A stretch of DNA of 56,142 nucleotides, filler included, from Deltaproteobacteria bacterium (GTDB taxonomy: Bacteria; Myxococcota; JACRCW01): NCBI GenBank assembly GCA_016218805.1. It is 4 parts of 3 records of this genome, joined end to end, with 100 filler letters (N's around TTAATTAATTAA, not from the genome) between each part and the next. Parts side by side here need not be neighbours in the genome. Positions count along the whole stretch, not along the records: positions 37,195 to 45,932 come from JACRCW010000038.1; positions 46,033 to 56,142 come from JACRCW010000003.1; 2 more parts are not named here. The stretch is one strand, 5' to 3'. The notes beneath the pieces are model-generated. The model made no database searches, had not been told where the DNA came from, and worked only from the letters and a program-made list of their open reading frames with translations. This document shows, in pieces, positions 38,920 to 48,291 of the stretch; positions within the stretch are counted from its first letter, which is position 1; each line of letters starts with the position of its first letter. A program made the translations under genes and the position numbers.

Positions 38920-39591
38920 ATGGATCACGGGGGCAGGCGGGCGCGGCTGCGGCGGCGGTTTGAGCGGGTGGGCCTCGCCGGGCTGGATGACCATGAAGTG
39001 CTGGAAATGCTGTTGGGGTTTGCCATTCCCCGCAAGGACACGCATGCGCTCGCCCGGGCGTTGTTGCGGCGGTTTGGTTCCCTGGCTGGCGTGTTGGGCG
39101 CGGAACGCCTTGAACTGCTCGCCACGGACGGGGTGGGCCCGCTCACCGGCACGCTCCTGAGCCTGATGGCGCCACTGGCGCGCCGCTACCAGCAGCAATG
39201 TGCGCAGCCCCGGGGTCCGCTGCTTGACGGGGCGGAGACCGCGGCGCGCTTTCTGTCCGGGCTGCTGGCCGGCGAATCCGACGAGATGTTCTACGTCCTG
39301 TGCCTTGATGCATGTCTGCGCTTGCGGGCGCTGGAGTGCGTTGCCAGGGGCTCACCGGAGCAGGTGCGCGTGGAACCCCGCGGCGTGGTGGCCGCGGTGA
39401 TGCGTCATCGGGTGTCATCGGTGATTCTCGCCCACAACCACCCGGGCGGCCGTGCCCGCCCCAGCGGTGCTGACCGCCAACTCACCGGCGCCCTCACCAC
39501 GTTGCTGGCGGCCATCCGTGTGCAGGTGCGGGACCACATCGTCGTGGCGCCGGGTGATTGGTTCAGCTTTGCGCAGGCAGGGTGGCTGTGA
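38920..39591 (+). CDS. radC: RadC family JAB-domain protein
   Basis: DHEVLEMLL..IPRKDT; AHNHPGG...PSGAD...DHIVV. Confidence 0.88.
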   Translation: MDHGGRRARLRRRFERVGLAGLDDHEVLEMLLGFAIPRKDTHALARALLRRFGSLAGVLGAERLELLATDGVGPLTGTLLSLMAPLARRYQQQCAQPRGPLLDGAETAARFLSGLLAGESDEMFYVLCLDACLRLRALECVARGSPEQVRVEPRGVVAAVMRHRVSSVILAHNHPGGRARPSGADRQLTGALTTLLAAIRVQVRDHIVVAPGDWFSFAQAGWL

Positions 39592-39633
39592 CCGGGGGAC
39601 GTCGCCACAACCGAATGGCCGCTTTTCTTGGCG

Positions 39634-40956
39634 TCACCCGCACGTGCCGGACGGCGTGCAGCGCTCGCCCGGCTGGCAGGTGGTGCCGCTGCAAACGCAC
39701 CTCCCGCTGGTGCACGTCCCACCGGAAAGGCACCGCCCGCTCGCGCACGCGCACACGCCGTTGCTGCAGGTGAACCCCGGGGCGCAGCCTCGCCCACACG
39801 CGCCGCAGTTGTAGCGGTCGATCGTCAGGTCAAAGCAGCCCGCGGGCCGGGCGCAGCAGGTCTCAACGACGTTGCAGGATGGGCGTCCGTTGCATGTGCA
39901 CTGGTCGGTGTGGTCACAGGTCTCTCCCGGCCGGCACTCGGTCCGGCACAAGCACAGACCGCTGATGCAGGCGCCTCCCCCGGGGCCACATTCGTTGTGG
40001 TTGGAGCACCCGCAATAGCGCTGCACGCCCGCCCCCTGGTCACAAGCCAGCCAACGTTCGCAGGCATTGCCGCATCCGCCGCAATGCGCGGAATCGGTCC
40101 CCACCGGGAGTTCGCAGCCGTTGTCCTCCGTAGGGGCAGACGGCGCGGTGCAGTTGGCAAAGCCCAGGTCACATGAGGACGTGCACGTTCCGGCGCTGCA
40201 GTCTCTCGCGGCCACGTTGAGTCCGGAGCACGCCCGCCCGCATGAGCCACAGTGGTCAATGGATGTGGTCGTGTCGGTTTCGCAGCCGTCATCAGGGAGC
40301 GGCACCGCGGGCGCCACGCAGTTGTAGAAGCCCGCAACGCACGTGGGGACGCACTCACCCGCGGCGCACGCAGCTGCGGCAACATTGTTGGCCGAGCACG
40401 CCCGGCCGCAATCACCGCAGCGGGCAGGGTCGGTGGCGATGTCCTCGCAGCCGTTGGTGAGATTGCCATCGCATTCAGCGGTTCCCGGCGCGCACCCGGA
40501 ACTGCCAGATTCCGCGCTGACCGACGACGACGACCACGACGACGCCGGCGACGCGGAGGAACCCGCGGCCGCAGTGGAAGACGACTTGGCCGCTGCCGTA
40601 CTGGACGCAGCAGCAGTGACCGCCGGACCGCTGCTGGCCGCGCTGGTGCGGCTGGTCCCACCCAGCGACGATGAACTCGCCGCCACGGATGACGTTCCCG
40701 TACCCGCGACGGAAAGGCTGCTCGCGCTGGCGGACGAGGACGCGCTGCCATGGGGGGCGGGTACGCAGCCGCCCTCCACGCATACCTGGGAGCGGCCACA
40801 ATCCGCGGTGGCGTTGCAGGCGTGCCTGCAGCGGCCCTGCACACACGTGCTGCCCACGCATTCGGACGCGGTTTGACATGGGTCCCCGTCAACATGCGGG
40901 TTGCGGCAGCCGGCGGTGGCCACCACCCACGCGGCAACCAGCACGCGCACCGTCAT
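39634..40956 (-). CDS. Cys-rich repeat lipoprotein
   Basis: Lipobox TAGC; Ser-rich linker; repeated GCE.D....HCG.CG.AC units. Confidence 0.8.
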   Translation of the reverse strand: MTVRVLVAAWVVATAGCRNPHVDGDPCQTASECVGSTCVQGRCRHACNATADCGRSQVCVEGGCVPAPHGSASSSASASSLSVAGTGTSSVAASSSSLGGTSRTSAASSGPAVTAAASSTAAAKSSSTAAAGSSASPASSWSSSSVSAESGSSGCAPGTAECDGNLTNGCEDIATDPARCGDCGRACSANNVAAAACAAGECVPTCVAGFYNCVAPAVPLPDDGCETDTTTSIDHCGSCGRACSGLNVAARDCSAGTCTSSCDLGFANCTAPSAPTEDNGCELPVGTDSAHCGGCGNACERWLACDQGAGVQRYCGCSNHNECGPGGGACISGLCLCRTECRPGETCDHTDQCTCNGRPSCNVVETCCARPAGCFDLTIDRYNCGACGRGCAPGFTCSNGVCACASGRCLSGGTCTSGRCVCSGTTCQPGERCTPSGTCG

Positions 40957-41098
40957 GTTGGGCGCATCCTGCCGCGCGCGCGCGCCGGTCAGCACGGGAC
41001 GTGTTGGAGAAGCATGGGCCATTTGAAACGAATGCTGCTCGCCGTGGCCGCCGCCAGCAAGCGCCTGCCGTGCAGGCCGTTCCTTCCGTCACGCCACC

Positions 41099-42070
41099 TC
41101 ACCCGCTGACAATGACCAGCGTCAGCTCGTTGCTCCAGTTGGGACTGGCAGCATCGGCGCATTTTCCGCTTTCACACACCCGGAACCGGAAGGTGCCCGT
41201 GGTCAACGTCACGTTGTGCGGCCAGAATATCCGGATATTGCCACCGCCCGTCACACTGTCGCTGAACTCCTCGGCCGTCCATGACGTGCCAAATTCCGCG
41301 GGAAGGTCTCCCTGCGTTTCCAGGACATCCACGGAGCCCACGTAGGTGTTCCCCGTCCAGACATAGAACTCACTGTCAAATGGCGTCGCAATCTGCGCGG
41401 AACTGGAATACAGGGAGTTGACGTTGTAGTCGCTGTTTGGGCTGAAATAGGAAATCCGTGCATCTCGCCAGGGTCGATACGCGGTGACGGTCACCACCGC
41501 GTCGTCGCTGGCCGTGACACCGGCCGGGTTCACACAACTCAGGCCAAACGTGCGGGTTCCCGCTGGCCGCGTGCTGTCGGTGCTGCCGCCGCCCGCCCCT
41601 ACGGCGGTATTGGCGCTGTAGTACGGGTACGCATGCGTGGCATCCGGATTGTGGACCGCCCTGGTCCCGGTCCAATCCCCAGTAGCAACGCAACTGGCAG
41701 CGTTCTCCGTAGCCCACTTCAGCTTGAGGTTTTGCGTGGTGTCCCGCGTGGCGTACACCGCCACAAGATCCACCCGCGGGGCTGCAACCGCTGCCGCGTC
41801 CCATCCCGCGGTACCCGCATCCAGGCCACTGCTGGCACCGCCACCCTGGTGGGATGACGCCGTCAGCACGCCGCTCGTTGATCCTGCGTCGCCCGCTGAG
41901 GACTGCTGGGACCGTGAACTGTCATTCCCGCTGGCAACCTGTCTGGACAACGACGACGACACGCCGCCGGATTGCGGCGCACCTTCCGACCCCACCAGCG
42001 TGGGATGGCCGCAGCCGCTGAGGCCCGCGATCATCACCCCACGCAGGCACCGCCCCCAATTGGTGACCAT
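41099..42070 (-). CDS. Hypothetical lipoprotein with Ig-like beta domains
   Basis: Lipobox LSGC; Ser-rich linker; LKW...NA.SC.A.G.W.G motif. Confidence 0.65.
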   Translation of the reverse strand: MVTNWGRCLRGVMIAGLSGCGHPTLVGSEGAPQSGGVSSSLSRQVASGNDSSRSQQSSAGDAGSTSGVLTASSHQGGGASSGLDAGTAGWDAAAVAAPRVDLVAVYATRDTTQNLKLKWATENAASCVATGDWTGTRAVHNPDATHAYPYYSANTAVGAGGGSTDSTRPAGTRTFGLSCVNPAGVTASDDAVVTVTAYRPWRDARISYFSPNSDYNVNSLYSSSAQIATPFDSEFYVWTGNTYVGSVDVLETQGDLPAEFGTSWTAEEFSDSVTGGGNIRIFWPHNVTLTTGTFRFRVCESGKCADAASPNWSNELTLVIVSG

Positions 42071-42166
42071 GACTCCTCCGGAAAGCCGCAATGAGCAAAT
42101 GCTGCCTGCCGGTCCCGCGTGGGGCAAGCGCCTCCGCGCTCGGGTGTTTCTCGCGCTTTCCTTCCG

Positions 42167-44170
42167 TCACGCTACCTGGTCGCCCCGCGCTTCCAGTGCC
42201 TGCGCCAGCATCCGCCGCAACCCGTCCGGATCAATGGGCTTCTCCGCTTTGCGGTTGGGCACCTGCTCCAGGAACGCCCGGGCGGCGGGCGTGGACGCAC
42301 CGCCGGTGAGGAACACCAGACGCGCGGCGTCGGCCGGCGCGTCGCGGGCCAACTCCGCATACAGGTCCATCCCCGTCATGCCGGGCATCATCAGGTCACA
42401 GAATATCACGTCAAATCGCTCGCCGGCCTTCAGGTGGGCCAGAGCTTCGCGGCCGTTGGTCACCGCAACCACGTCGTGGCCCTGGAAGACGCGCTGGAGC
42501 GCGCGGCCCACCATGACTTCGTCATCAATGACCAGGATGCGCGCCCGCGGCGCCTGGGGCGCCGCGGCTCCGTGGACCGGTGCCACACCCGCACCGGGGG
42601 CCTTGGCCAAAGGAAGGGCCACGCGGAACGTGGTTCCGGCCCCTACCGTGGTCTCAAAGCTGATCTCACCACCCATGGTTTCCACAATCCGCTTGCTGAT
42701 GGCCAGGCCCAATCCCGTGCCCTGCCCGGCGGGCTTGGTGGTGAAGAACGGCTGGAAGATGCGCGCCTGGGCCGCCTGCGAAATGCCGGTGCCATTGTCA
42801 CGGAATTCCACCACCACCCGGTCCGCCGTGGCCCGGGTCACCACGCGGATCTCATTGGCCGCAACGTCGCGGTCGGGCATGGCCTGCACGGCGTTGACCG
42901 CCAGGTTCAGGAACACCTGCGCCAGCCGCCCGTCCGTGCCCTCCACCTCCGGAACGGCGCCAAAATCCTTCACCAGGCGCGCCCGGTACTTGATTTGGTT
43001 CCACGCCATGTTCAGCGCGGACTCCAACACGCGCTGGACGTTGACCGGGCCCCGGCTGTCGTCGTCAGCCCGGGAGAACATCCGCAGGTCGCGAACGATC
43101 TCGAGCACCCGTTGAGCGCCCGTCATGGCGTCATTCAGCGCGGCGATCATTTCATGGTGATCGTGTGTCTGCGCCGGACATTCGGAATGCGCTTGGGCCG
43201 CAAAGTTGAGGTTGGCAATGATGAAGGCCAGGGGGTTGTTGATCTCATGCGCCACGCCGGCGGCCAAAGCACCCACGGAGGCCAGCCGGTCGGACAGCAG
43301 GAGTTGGGACTGCGTGTCCCTCAGTTCCTGTAGGCTCGCTTCCAGGTCCGCGGCAAATCGCTGCAATTCGGCGGTCCGCTGGCGGACCTGGGCTTCCAGC
43401 TCTTCGTTCGTGACCATGTCCTCCCGCAGGCGGTGCGCCATGTCGTTGAGGGCCGCGGCCACCGTGTGGAGCTCAGCGGAGGAATCCCCTTCAATGCGGT
43501 GGTCCAAATCCCCCGCGGCAAGGCGCCGGGCGCCGGCCTGGAGGCGACCCAGGGAGGCGGACACCTGCCGCAACAGGCCCACGCCAAGCATCAGCCCGGC
43601 AAGCAGCAGCATACCGCCAATGCCACCGGCCACGGCCAATGCCCGCACCGTGGCGCGGTCCGCCTCCTCCGTGCTGCGCTTGGCTCCGTCCAGCTCGGCG
43701 GTGACCCGGGCCTCAATCTTCTCCGCCACATCCTCATCGTAGAAGCGCAGCAGGTCGCCCAAGTCCTCCGGGTTGGGATGCGCCAGCAGCGAGTCCGCGC
43801 GTGCTACCAGCGTGACGAGGCTCCGGGAGAGCGCGGCCTCCTCCTGTTGTTCGTCCACGGAGAAGTGCTGCGCGGCATCCAGCGCAGCAGCGCGGGCGGC
43901 GTCCAGCTCACGCCGGTGGGTGGCCAGTTGCTCATCCGTGACGCCGCCAAATCCCGCAATCCTCCCGGCCACCCGCCGGACATAACCGCTGGCCAGCGTC
44001 TTGACGCGGTATTCCACCAGCGCGTGCTCGGTCCAAGCCTCCTCCACGCGGTGGGCGCTTGCAGCAAACCGCGCGGCGTAGAGCACCACGACCGCCTCGG
44101 CAACGCAGACCGCCAGCGGCAAGCCCAGCAGGAGCAGCAACCTGCTACGGAGCGTCAACGCCTGAAACAT
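42167..44170 (-). CDS. Hybrid histidine kinase (2 TM, HAMP, HisKA, HATPase, REC)
   Basis: AGVAHEINNPL H-box; QVFLNL..NA; DNGTG; FFTTK; GTGLGL; IDDE...CDLMMP. Confidence 0.92.
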   Translation of the reverse strand: MFQALTLRSRLLLLLGLPLAVCVAEAVVVLYAARFAASAHRVEEAWTEHALVEYRVKTLASGYVRRVAGRIAGFGGVTDEQLATHRRELDAARAAALDAAQHFSVDEQQEEAALSRSLVTLVARADSLLAHPNPEDLGDLLRFYDEDVAEKIEARVTAELDGAKRSTEEADRATVRALAVAGGIGGMLLLAGLMLGVGLLRQVSASLGRLQAGARRLAAGDLDHRIEGDSSAELHTVAAALNDMAHRLREDMVTNEELEAQVRQRTAELQRFAADLEASLQELRDTQSQLLLSDRLASVGALAAGVAHEINNPLAFIIANLNFAAQAHSECPAQTHDHHEMIAALNDAMTGAQRVLEIVRDLRMFSRADDDSRGPVNVQRVLESALNMAWNQIKYRARLVKDFGAVPEVEGTDGRLAQVFLNLAVNAVQAMPDRDVAANEIRVVTRATADRVVVEFRDNGTGISQAAQARIFQPFFTTKPAGQGTGLGLAISKRIVETMGGEISFETTVGAGTTFRVALPLAKAPGAGVAPVHGAAAPQAPRARILVIDDEVMVGRALQRVFQGHDVVAVTNGREALAHLKAGERFDVIFCDLMMPGMTGMDLYAELARDAPADAARLVFLTGGASTPAARAFLEQVPNRKAEKPIDPDGLRRMLAQALEARGDQVA

Positions 44171-44526
44171 GCGGGGGACGTAGCGCACGGCAGGGCGCGC
44201 GGCTGACGGCACCGGGCTGATCACCTGCCAGTGGGCGGTGTTTCCAAGCACGTCAGCATGGGTCCGCTTCAGCATGCGTCCGCCGGATTCCCCTGCATGA
44301 CTGCGCATCGGCACGCGTGCGCTGGCGCGTAAGGCCAAGGCGGGTGCGCTTTGCGCTGCGAACCATGTAGGGGATTGGGAGCCTTTCTGCACCGACGCGA
44401 GCTGGTTCCGCGCCCTTCCGGCAGCCGCCGCGGACCTGCCAGGGGGCGGTCACTGACCATCATGCAACCACTGGGTTAGGACTGGCGTGGTGATAGGGTG
44501 ACGAGATTCACCCGTTCGGAGGTGGC

Positions 44527-44957
44527 ATGGCGCTTCACTGGAGCAGCAGCCTGGAGACGGGGGTCGCAGAGATCGACCTGCAGCACAGGGAGTTCATCGC
44601 CAGGATCAACCGCGTCTTCGACGCGTGCGGGAAAGGCCAGAGCGCCCAGGAGTTGCTGTCGGTGCTCGCGTTTCTCGAGGAATACGTCGTGGTGCACTTC
44701 GGGATGGAGGAGCGCCACATGAAGGCGTCCGGATATCCGCACTATGAGCAGCACAAGGCGCAACATGACGGGTTCATTCGCGCCTTCGGGGAACTCAAGC
44801 GCGAGGTGGACGCCGGCGGTGCCGGCCTCAATGCGCGGCTTTCCGCCAACCGCCTGCTCACGGAATGGCTCTCACCCACATCGGCAAGTCTGACCGCACC
44901 CTGGGGCAATTCCTGTGTGCCGCCGCCGGCGGAGCCGCTGCCCCGAAGACCGCCTGA
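44527..44957 (+). pseudogene. Bacteriohemerythrin with a 1-nt frameshift near the C-terminus
   Basis: IDLQH, HFGMEE, H...H motifs; W-L-x-T-H-I-G-K-S-D continues in a shifted frame at ~44872 and ends at TGA 44955-44957. Confidence 0.75.
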
Positions 44958-44960
44958 GGC

Positions 44961-45362
44961 CTACCGCGCCGGCCGAAGATGGTCCGCCAGAAGGTGGTCC
45001 TCGCCGCCGATATGATGGGCAAGCCAATCCTTGAGGAAGTTCATCGTGGCGATGGACAGCGTTCCGCCCGCCGACCCAAGTTCGCGCTCCAATTCCAGGA
45101 CCTTCTTGGTGAGGTCGTCATGGATTGCCTTGTGACGGGCGTAGGCGGGATAGGCTGACTCACGCATGAACCGCTCCTCCGTCTGGAAATGGTGAACGGT
45201 GTAATTCCGGAGAAACACCAGCACGCGAGCCACCTCGGCCCGTCCATGCCCGGCGATCATCGCGTCATGCAGTCGGTTGACCGCGTCAAACAACTCCGAG
45301 TGTTGGCGGTCAATCTCCGGGTGCCCGACCTTGAAGCGCTCATCAAAGACGACGAACGCCAT
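44961..45362 (-). CDS. Bacteriohemerythrin
   Basis: IDRQH, HFQTEE, HKAIH, WLAHHIGGED; GGAGG RBS. Confidence 0.92.
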   Translation of the reverse strand: MAFVVFDERFKVGHPEIDRQHSELFDAVNRLHDAMIAGHGRAEVARVLVFLRNYTVHHFQTEERFMRESAYPAYARHKAIHDDLTKKVLELERELGSAGGTLSIATMNFLKDWLAHHIGGEDHLLADHLRPAR

Positions 45363-45460
45363 AGGGACCTCCGTCCCCGCCCCTGGCGAGTCTATCACTT
45401 GGCGCGTGGCCAGTGGCTTGGACACGGTGGGTGACGGGAGGCATGCCATACGGGGACCCA

Positions 45461-45782
45461 CACCGGCCCCACCCGGAGGCACCACCAGCGGGCCCCGGCA
45501 CATCACCGGCACGCCCCCCGGCCAACACCAGCAGGCCCTGGAAGCACACCAGCACTCCCCCGACGCGTCACCAGCGCGCCCGGAAACCCACACCAGCACC
45601 TGCCGGGCAGCCTCACGGGTGCGCTGGTGTCGGATCCCGGGCGCGCTGGGGTCGGGTCCGGGGCGCGCCGGGAGGTGGTCCCCCGCGCGCTGGCAACGCT
45701 CGGCGGGGGCGCCGGATACGTTCGCGAGCATGCTGGCGCCGCCGCCCGGGCGTGCTGGAGCGCGCGGGACCCCGCGCCGGGG
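45461..45782. repeat. Non-coding inverted array with 21-22 nt period
   Basis: CACC(A/G)GC at 45461, 45483, 45504, 45526, 45547, 45569, 45591; inverse GC(T/C)GG at 45623, 45645, 45667, 45689, 45711, 45732, 45754, 45776. Confidence 0.8.
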
Positions 45783-45792
45783 TATGATCTTT

Positions 45793-45932
45793 GGCCCTCC
45801 TGCACTCCGAATGGGTTGAAATTGACGCATGGGATCACGAGAGCATGGTTGGCAGCGGCGGGCAGAGTCCGCCGAACTTGGCATAGGCCAGCGCAATGAG
45901 GGCTTCGGCGGAGTGGAATCCGAAGGCAGTCC
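45793..45932 (-). mobile_element. ISL3-family IS right end with transposase C-terminus
   Basis: Minus strand encodes TAFGFHSAEALIALAYAKFGGLCPPLPTMLS* (stop at 45835-45837), resembling ISL3 transposase C-termini; terminal GGCCCTCC...TGGGT resembles an ISL3 IR. Confidence 0.8.
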
Positions 45933-46032
45933 NNNNNNNNNNNNNNNNNNNNNNNNNNNNNNNNNNNNNNNNNNNNTTAATTAATTAANNNNNNNNNNNN
46001 NNNNNNNNNNNNNNNNNNNNNNNNNNNNNNNN
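45933..46032. other. Assembly linker
   Basis: N-run with TTAATTAATTAA. Confidence 0.98.
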
Positions 46033-46157
46033 ACCGCCATGGTGCGTTCGAGCACACCCGCCCCATCTCCCGCATGAAGGGCAGGAACGAGCCGAAACCC
46101 GTTTCCTGCGACGTGGTGGAGGAAGCCCTTGCGTCTGAACGGCCCTGCATCTCAGCT

Positions 46158-46188
46158 GGGCGGGGGACAAGCCAAGCCCCCGCCCTAC
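46158..46188 (-). repeat. GTAG-type REP-like palindrome
   Basis: Minus strand GTAGGGCGGGGG-CTTGGCTTGT-CCCCCGCCC: 9-bp stem starting within a GTAG tetranucleotide. Confidence 0.55.
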
Positions 46189-46251
46189 GACGTGGTTCTT
46201 TGCCAGCCCCAAAGGCGCCCGCAGGGTCAAGGTTGTCCCGGCGAGCGGTAC

Positions 46252-48291
46252 TCAGGACGGCTTGCCGCGGGACTGCTCCTCCAGGCCCACGCGCCACGCG
46301 CGCTCCAGCTCCGGCGGGGCCACGCCGCGCAGCGCGGACAGGAAACCCGGGAAGCTTTCATCCATGCGGGGGGTGCGCGCGTCCCGCGCCAGCTCAATGG
46401 CCGCGGCGCGCGCGCGTGTGAGCGCCTCCGTCATGGAGGCGCCGCGGGCGTCGGACAGCGCCTCGCTCAGGCGCCGCGCATTGTCCTGCATGTCATTGAG
46501 CAGCGCCGCCACGGCGGACGCGCGCGGGGCCACCGCGGCGGACAGCCGCGCCAGGTCCTCCTGCACCAGCGTGGGGTTGCCCTGCGCGGACAGTGACTGC
46601 AGGCGCGCCGCCAGGTTGCGCAGCAGCCCGGACAGCGGCGCCAGCGAATCCAGCCGCTTGCGCAGCGTCTCCAGCGCGGCCGCCAGGTGCGGGGACTGCA
46701 GCGTGGGGGCGGCGGTCTCTTCCGCCTTGCCCAGCGCTTCATTGAGCGCCTGCGCCTGCGTGCGCAGCCGCAACGCGCGCTGCTCCACCGCGTCCAGCAT
46801 GTGGCACACCGCCAGCGCCGCCAGGCCCTCGCTGCCCGCGCCGCTGGCGGGGCGCGCCGTGTAGTCGCCCTGCTGCGCCCGCCGGCACGCGTCAATGATG
46901 GAATCCAGCACGCTGGAGCGGGCGCGGCGTTCGTCCTCTTCGGCGCGGGCCGCCTGCAGGTGCTCCGCCAGCGAAGCCAGCGCGCCGTGCAGGTCCGCCA
47001 GCGGCGTGCGCGGGTCCACCACGTCCGGCAGCAGGCCCGACCGCACGCGCTCCAGCTGCTCCCGGAAGTACCGCAGCGGCTCCACCACGCGCAGGCGCAC
47101 CTGGCGCCAGGCCAGCACCGCCAGCAGCAGGCCCGCCGCCAGCGCCAGGAACGGGCCCCAGGTGAGCGCCCGGCGGTCCGCCTCGGCGCGCTCCTGGGAG
47201 CGCTCCAGCGCGTCCGGCACCGTGCGCGCGGTCTCCATCAGCCGGTCCAGGCTGTGCCCCACGTCGTTGAATGAACCGGGGGCCACCGCCACGGGCAGCC
47301 GGCGCACCGCCACCACGTACAGTCCCTGCCCTGCCACCGGCGCACGCTGCGCCACGCGCCCCTCGGATTCGGCCGTCCCGGTGCCCGCGCTTGCCGCCAC
47401 CAGCGCCTCAAATCCCGCCGGCACCGCTCCCCCCACGCCGGACCCGGACTCATCCACCACCACCTCGCCCTCCGCGCTGTCCGCCGGCGTGGTCAGTCCC
47501 ACGCGCCGCAGGAACGGCTCCAGCGCTGCCGGCGGGATGGGCGGCTGCTTCTGTTTGGACGCCAGCGCCGGCTGGCGGGTGAGCGCGGCCTCCAGCTCCA
47601 CGGCGTGCGCCTGCTCCTGCTGCAGCCGCTTCACCTCGCCGTCCACCAGTGCGGCACCGCGGTACGCGGACCGCCGCGCCTCCACGCGGGACACCGCCAT
47701 GGCCGGCTCATACAGCTGCTGCATCTCATCCCGGGCACGGGAGACGGCCCGGCGCACCACTTCCACGTCCCGCGCCATGGGCCCCAGTTCCACGTCCGGC
47801 GCCGGCTCCTGTGACGCGCCCCACCACCCGGCCACCCACCCCACACCCACCACGCTGGGCGCCAGGCACGCCAACGCCAGGATCAACCCCACGCCCCCCG
47901 CAAAGGTCCCCGGCCGTACGCGCCGGACGGACCGCTCCGGGTTGACGGGCGGCATGGACCAGGACGCGGGCGCCACGGCCACGGGCGCCGGCGGGGGGGC
48001 GGCGGGCGGGTCGGCGGGCGCGGGCTCCGGCGCGGCGGTGTCCGGCGGCGGCGGGGAGGCAAGCTCCGCGGCGGGCGGCGGGTCCGGGGCCAGCGGCGGA
48101 GGCAGGGTGGCCCGCAGGGCGTCATGGGACAGGTCCCAGGTGGCGCTGGGCGCCACGGGCAGATCCGCGGGCGGCCCGGGGGGCGGCAGGGGGATCTCCG
48201 GCGCGGTGGACACCTCCGTGTCCTCGGGCGCAGGCGCCGCCTCGGGGTCGGGCGGGGACGCGGGGTCGCGGGGAGGGGGCTTGTCACTCAC
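46252..48291 (-). CDS. Hypothetical membrane protein (Pro-rich N-terminus, 2 TM, HAMP-like/coiled coil)
   Basis: GTGA overlap with upstream regulator; two TM helices; VVEPL...L after TM2; coiled coils. Confidence 0.7.
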   Translation of the reverse strand: MSDKPPPRDPASPPDPEAAPAPEDTEVSTAPEIPLPPPGPPADLPVAPSATWDLSHDALRATLPPPLAPDPPPAAELASPPPPDTAAPEPAPADPPAAPPPAPVAVAPASWSMPPVNPERSVRRVRPGTFAGGVGLILALACLAPSVVGVGWVAGWWGASQEPAPDVELGPMARDVEVVRRAVSRARDEMQQLYEPAMAVSRVEARRSAYRGAALVDGEVKRLQQEQAHAVELEAALTRQPALASKQKQPPIPPAALEPFLRRVGLTTPADSAEGEVVVDESGSGVGGAVPAGFEALVAASAGTGTAESEGRVAQRAPVAGQGLYVVAVRRLPVAVAPGSFNDVGHSLDRLMETARTVPDALERSQERAEADRRALTWGPFLALAAGLLLAVLAWRQVRLRVVEPLRYFREQLERVRSGLLPDVVDPRTPLADLHGALASLAEHLQAARAEEDERRARSSVLDSIIDACRRAQQGDYTARPASGAGSEGLAALAVCHMLDAVEQRALRLRTQAQALNEALGKAEETAAPTLQSPHLAAALETLRKRLDSLAPLSGLLRNLAARLQSLSAQGNPTLVQEDLARLSAAVAPRASAVAALLNDMQDNARRLSEALSDARGASMTEALTRARAAAIELARDARTPRMDESFPGFLSALRGVAPPELERAWRVGLEEQSRGKPS

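Noticed and set aside
39634..40956. Cys-rich protein as multiheme cytochrome or ferredoxin
   Set aside because: No CxxCH motifs; the pattern fits disulfide-rich extracellular repeats.
45461..45782. CRISPR array interpretation of the periodic repeats (also 54824-55034)
   Set aside because: Conserved cores are only 5-15 nt, the period is 22 nt or less, the arms are inverted and no cas genes are present.
44961..45896. 311-aa extended hemerythrin ORF
   Set aside because: The extension runs through the non-coding array and the IS end; the RBS supports a start at 45362.
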